From assembly GCF_009914755.1 (NCBI RefSeq), contig NC_060925.1: DNA of 64,000 nt; one strand, given 5' to 3'. Each line of letters begins with the position of its first letter. The first letter of the stretch is position 1. Shown piece after piece: positions 61,265 through 64,000 of this stretch. Source of the DNA: the human T2T-CHM13v2.0 reference genome, Homo sapiens. The position numbers and the translations under genes were made by a program. The notes beneath the pieces were generated by a model. The model saw nothing but the letters and a program-made list of their open reading frames with translations. It ran no database searches and was not told where the DNA came from.

Positions 61265-63270
61265 TAAGTATCTGATGAGGAGCTCTGGTATCTATTTACT
61301 CAGAGTTGCCCATGGCCAATTATGTAATGCAACATACTTACATAGTAAGTTCTTAGTAGTACCATATGTTATGTCATTCATAAAGCTTGCTGACTACCTG
61401 CTTGCCAGTGCCTGGGGCCCCAGTTTGAGGAAAGAGCAACACTACATTTATTGGGTTTGGTCACCCCAACCAAATATGAGGCTAGTAGGGATTTTACAAG
61501 AAGGCTCATCTAATCCAACTTCTGTCCTCAGGTGGCTTTACCACTTCAGTCCTCATACTGCTAGTGACAGTGTCTTCATGGCCCACCCTTCAAAGTGAGG
61601 GGTTGCATGACATTATGTTTTGTTATGTTTTCTTATCTCAAATTGGTAGACTTTTTTGGTGGGAGGAGAATTTCATAAAGTTGGAGATTTCTGCTTTAAA
61701 ATACAGTGGTCCATTGTGCAAACAAACCCTGCACATTCAGTGATTTGAGAATAAGGCTTTTGAGACTCACCAGTAGTTCCGAAACCTAGCTGCCCATCAG
61801 AATTGCTCAGATTTGTTAAAAGTACACCTTTAACTTACTAAAGCAGAACCCCAAGGAGTGGAGCTCTAGGTTTTTCCGATGGAGTATGAGGGTCTTTGGG
61901 GAATACCTACCTTGAAAAACTTCATCTGGCAAAGAAGCCTCAGGGAGTCACCCCATTGCATAGTGTTTCTCCAGTTGTGGGTTGCGGTTTCAACAGCTGC
62001 ACAGGACTCACCAGAGGAGCTTGGTTTGAATGCAGGTTCCTGGGCATTTGAGAGCCAGACCTTGATGGCCAGCACCCAGCTTGTGCAGCTCTGTTTGTTA
62101 ATGCAGATGAAAAACTGTTTTGGGGACAGGGAAGCGAGGTCCTCTCCTGAGTTGATAAAGTTCTTGTTAAAGGGAAAGTTACTTGCCCTGGATCCCTTTT
62201 TGTTTCCTGGGATCCATTTCCCTCTGAAAAGTAGACCAGGCTAAGTGACTCCCTCATTGCTTCCTGGCAGTTGACCCATTTAGGGAAGTCACTCTTAACC
62301 TTCCTTCACTGGCCCTAGTCAGGTTGGTCATACTCACCCATATCTCTTTGGTCTTCCACATTCCCAAATTCAGTTGCTGCTGTTTTTGGTCTTCTCTGAG
62401 CTGTCTTCTTCTGAACAAAATGTTTTATAGGTTGACTCTCAAACTTTCTCTTACTTGCCTTTTGGACCAAATTAGATTCAAGACCCTTATTGCTAGCCCC
62501 CTCCTCCCACTTGTGTCCTCAGATCAGAAGGAGCTGGGTCAGTGAATAAGAATGGGAAAGTACCCCAGTCAGCAAAGGTTCAGATATGTCACCAAGCAAA
62601 CGCAGTCCCTCTTGTTTTTGCTTTGAAGGTTGAATAGTCAGTCTTGGCTCTTATATTTAGCTTAATCACCAGTAAAACACCTTCATGATGAATGTATATA
62701 AGTTCACTAGGATTTCAAGCAACTATTTTCCAGGTATCTAGGACCCTCTTATATGATGTATCAGATAACTTGGGCCTACTTCAGTCTGGAGTTGGTTTTG
62801 TTCCCATGAGTTTCTTATGTGAATGTTTTGCTCTAATTCTGGCTCTCATAAAAAATCATCTCCCCTGAAGGGGAGACCCGGTGGTAGGAAATCCCAAGCA
62901 CACCTTTTCTCCAGAACTATCAAGGGTCAGAATAGCCAAGAGTCATCAGTCACTTCCCCTGCTGACCCTCTGGGGAAATGCTACTAAGAAAACAGGGCCA
63001 GAAGGCAGAAGCTTAGCCACCAGAGGCCAACTCTAACAGACTGATGGTCCTTTACTTTGCCCATACTTTATAGCTATTTCAGGAAATAGTAAAGCATTCT
63101 AGTTAATAGATGAGATCTGGAACCAGCTAGTTTGGTTCTGAACTCTGGATTCACCGCTTACTTGCTGAGTGACTAGTGACCTTGGGCAACTTGTATAACC
63201 TTTCTGTGCTTCAATTTCCTTATCTGTGAAAGGGAATTGTAATGGCACCTACCTCGTAAGATTGTTGTGA

Positions 63271-63459
<189 letters not shown>

Positions 63460-64000
63460 CAACCCTCAGCTCTGCAAACTCAGTCTCATGCTCCTGGAAT
63501 ACCTTCAATAGCTGCCTTCCTCACCGCAGATGTTTCTGCCTCTTAAGGATAGATCTTCTGCAACAGTCTTGCTGACAAGCTAGAGCTTGGACTGAAAGAG
63601 AAGAGCTGGATTATATATTTCCCAGACTTCAAACCCTAGCAGAAGCTAAGGCTTGTGATTTGACCTGAGACATTTGTTTCAGGTAATCGTGTAGAATGAA
63701 GTATCTTAGTTTAAAGGGTAAGAGAGAAGTTGTTTCTGGTTTTTCCTTGCCCCTGTGTGAAAATAGGTCCTAAATGACTGACTTCACTGCATTAGACCCT
63801 ATAGCTGGTCTCACAAGACACTTTGTGCCCAGCTGTCACTCACTCTCAGCAGCTTCCTTGCAGCAGAGCAGGGCTGAGGGGAAGGGGCTATGAATGTTTG
63901 TATACGTGTTCACAGGGCACGGAAAATCTTATGCTGCTCCGTCATAAACCTACACCAATGCCCAGCAATCACCCTCCTCACTTCCTTGTCTAGATGTAGA

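Overview
Eukaryotic (human-like, Alu-rich) genomic DNA that I recognise as the MAN1C1-SELENON-MTFR1L region of chromosome 1p36. All three genes are on the + strand. The window holds (1) the last five coding exons and 3' UTR of MAN1C1, a GH47 Golgi alpha-1,2-mannosidase; (2) the complete SELENON (SEPN1, selenoprotein N) gene, 13 exons, 1773-nt CDS, 590 codons plus stop; and (3) the MTFR1L CpG-island promoter and full CDS (879 nt, 292 aa). I placed exon boundaries by hand from GT/AG sites, and all splice phases add up. Most entries in the supplied ORF track are artefacts of introns, Alus or GC-rich sequence. The main biology is a complete UGA-to-selenocysteine recoding system: an in-frame TGA in an SCUG motif (44224-44226), a Sec redefinition hairpin brought next to that TGA only by splicing, a 3' UTR SECIS (48248-48313), and an exonised antisense Alu carrying a second in-frame TGA (33581-33583) close to an inverted Alu partner. 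That system is already known. The best candidates for undescribed features are a spliced 67-aa overlapping upstream ORF plus a minimal uORF in MTFR1L, several local non-transposon duplications (65 bp, 55 bp, ~200 bp, 22 bp), and clusters of CTCF and HOX/PBX motifs. Repeat boundaries and family names are approximate because no database search was possible.
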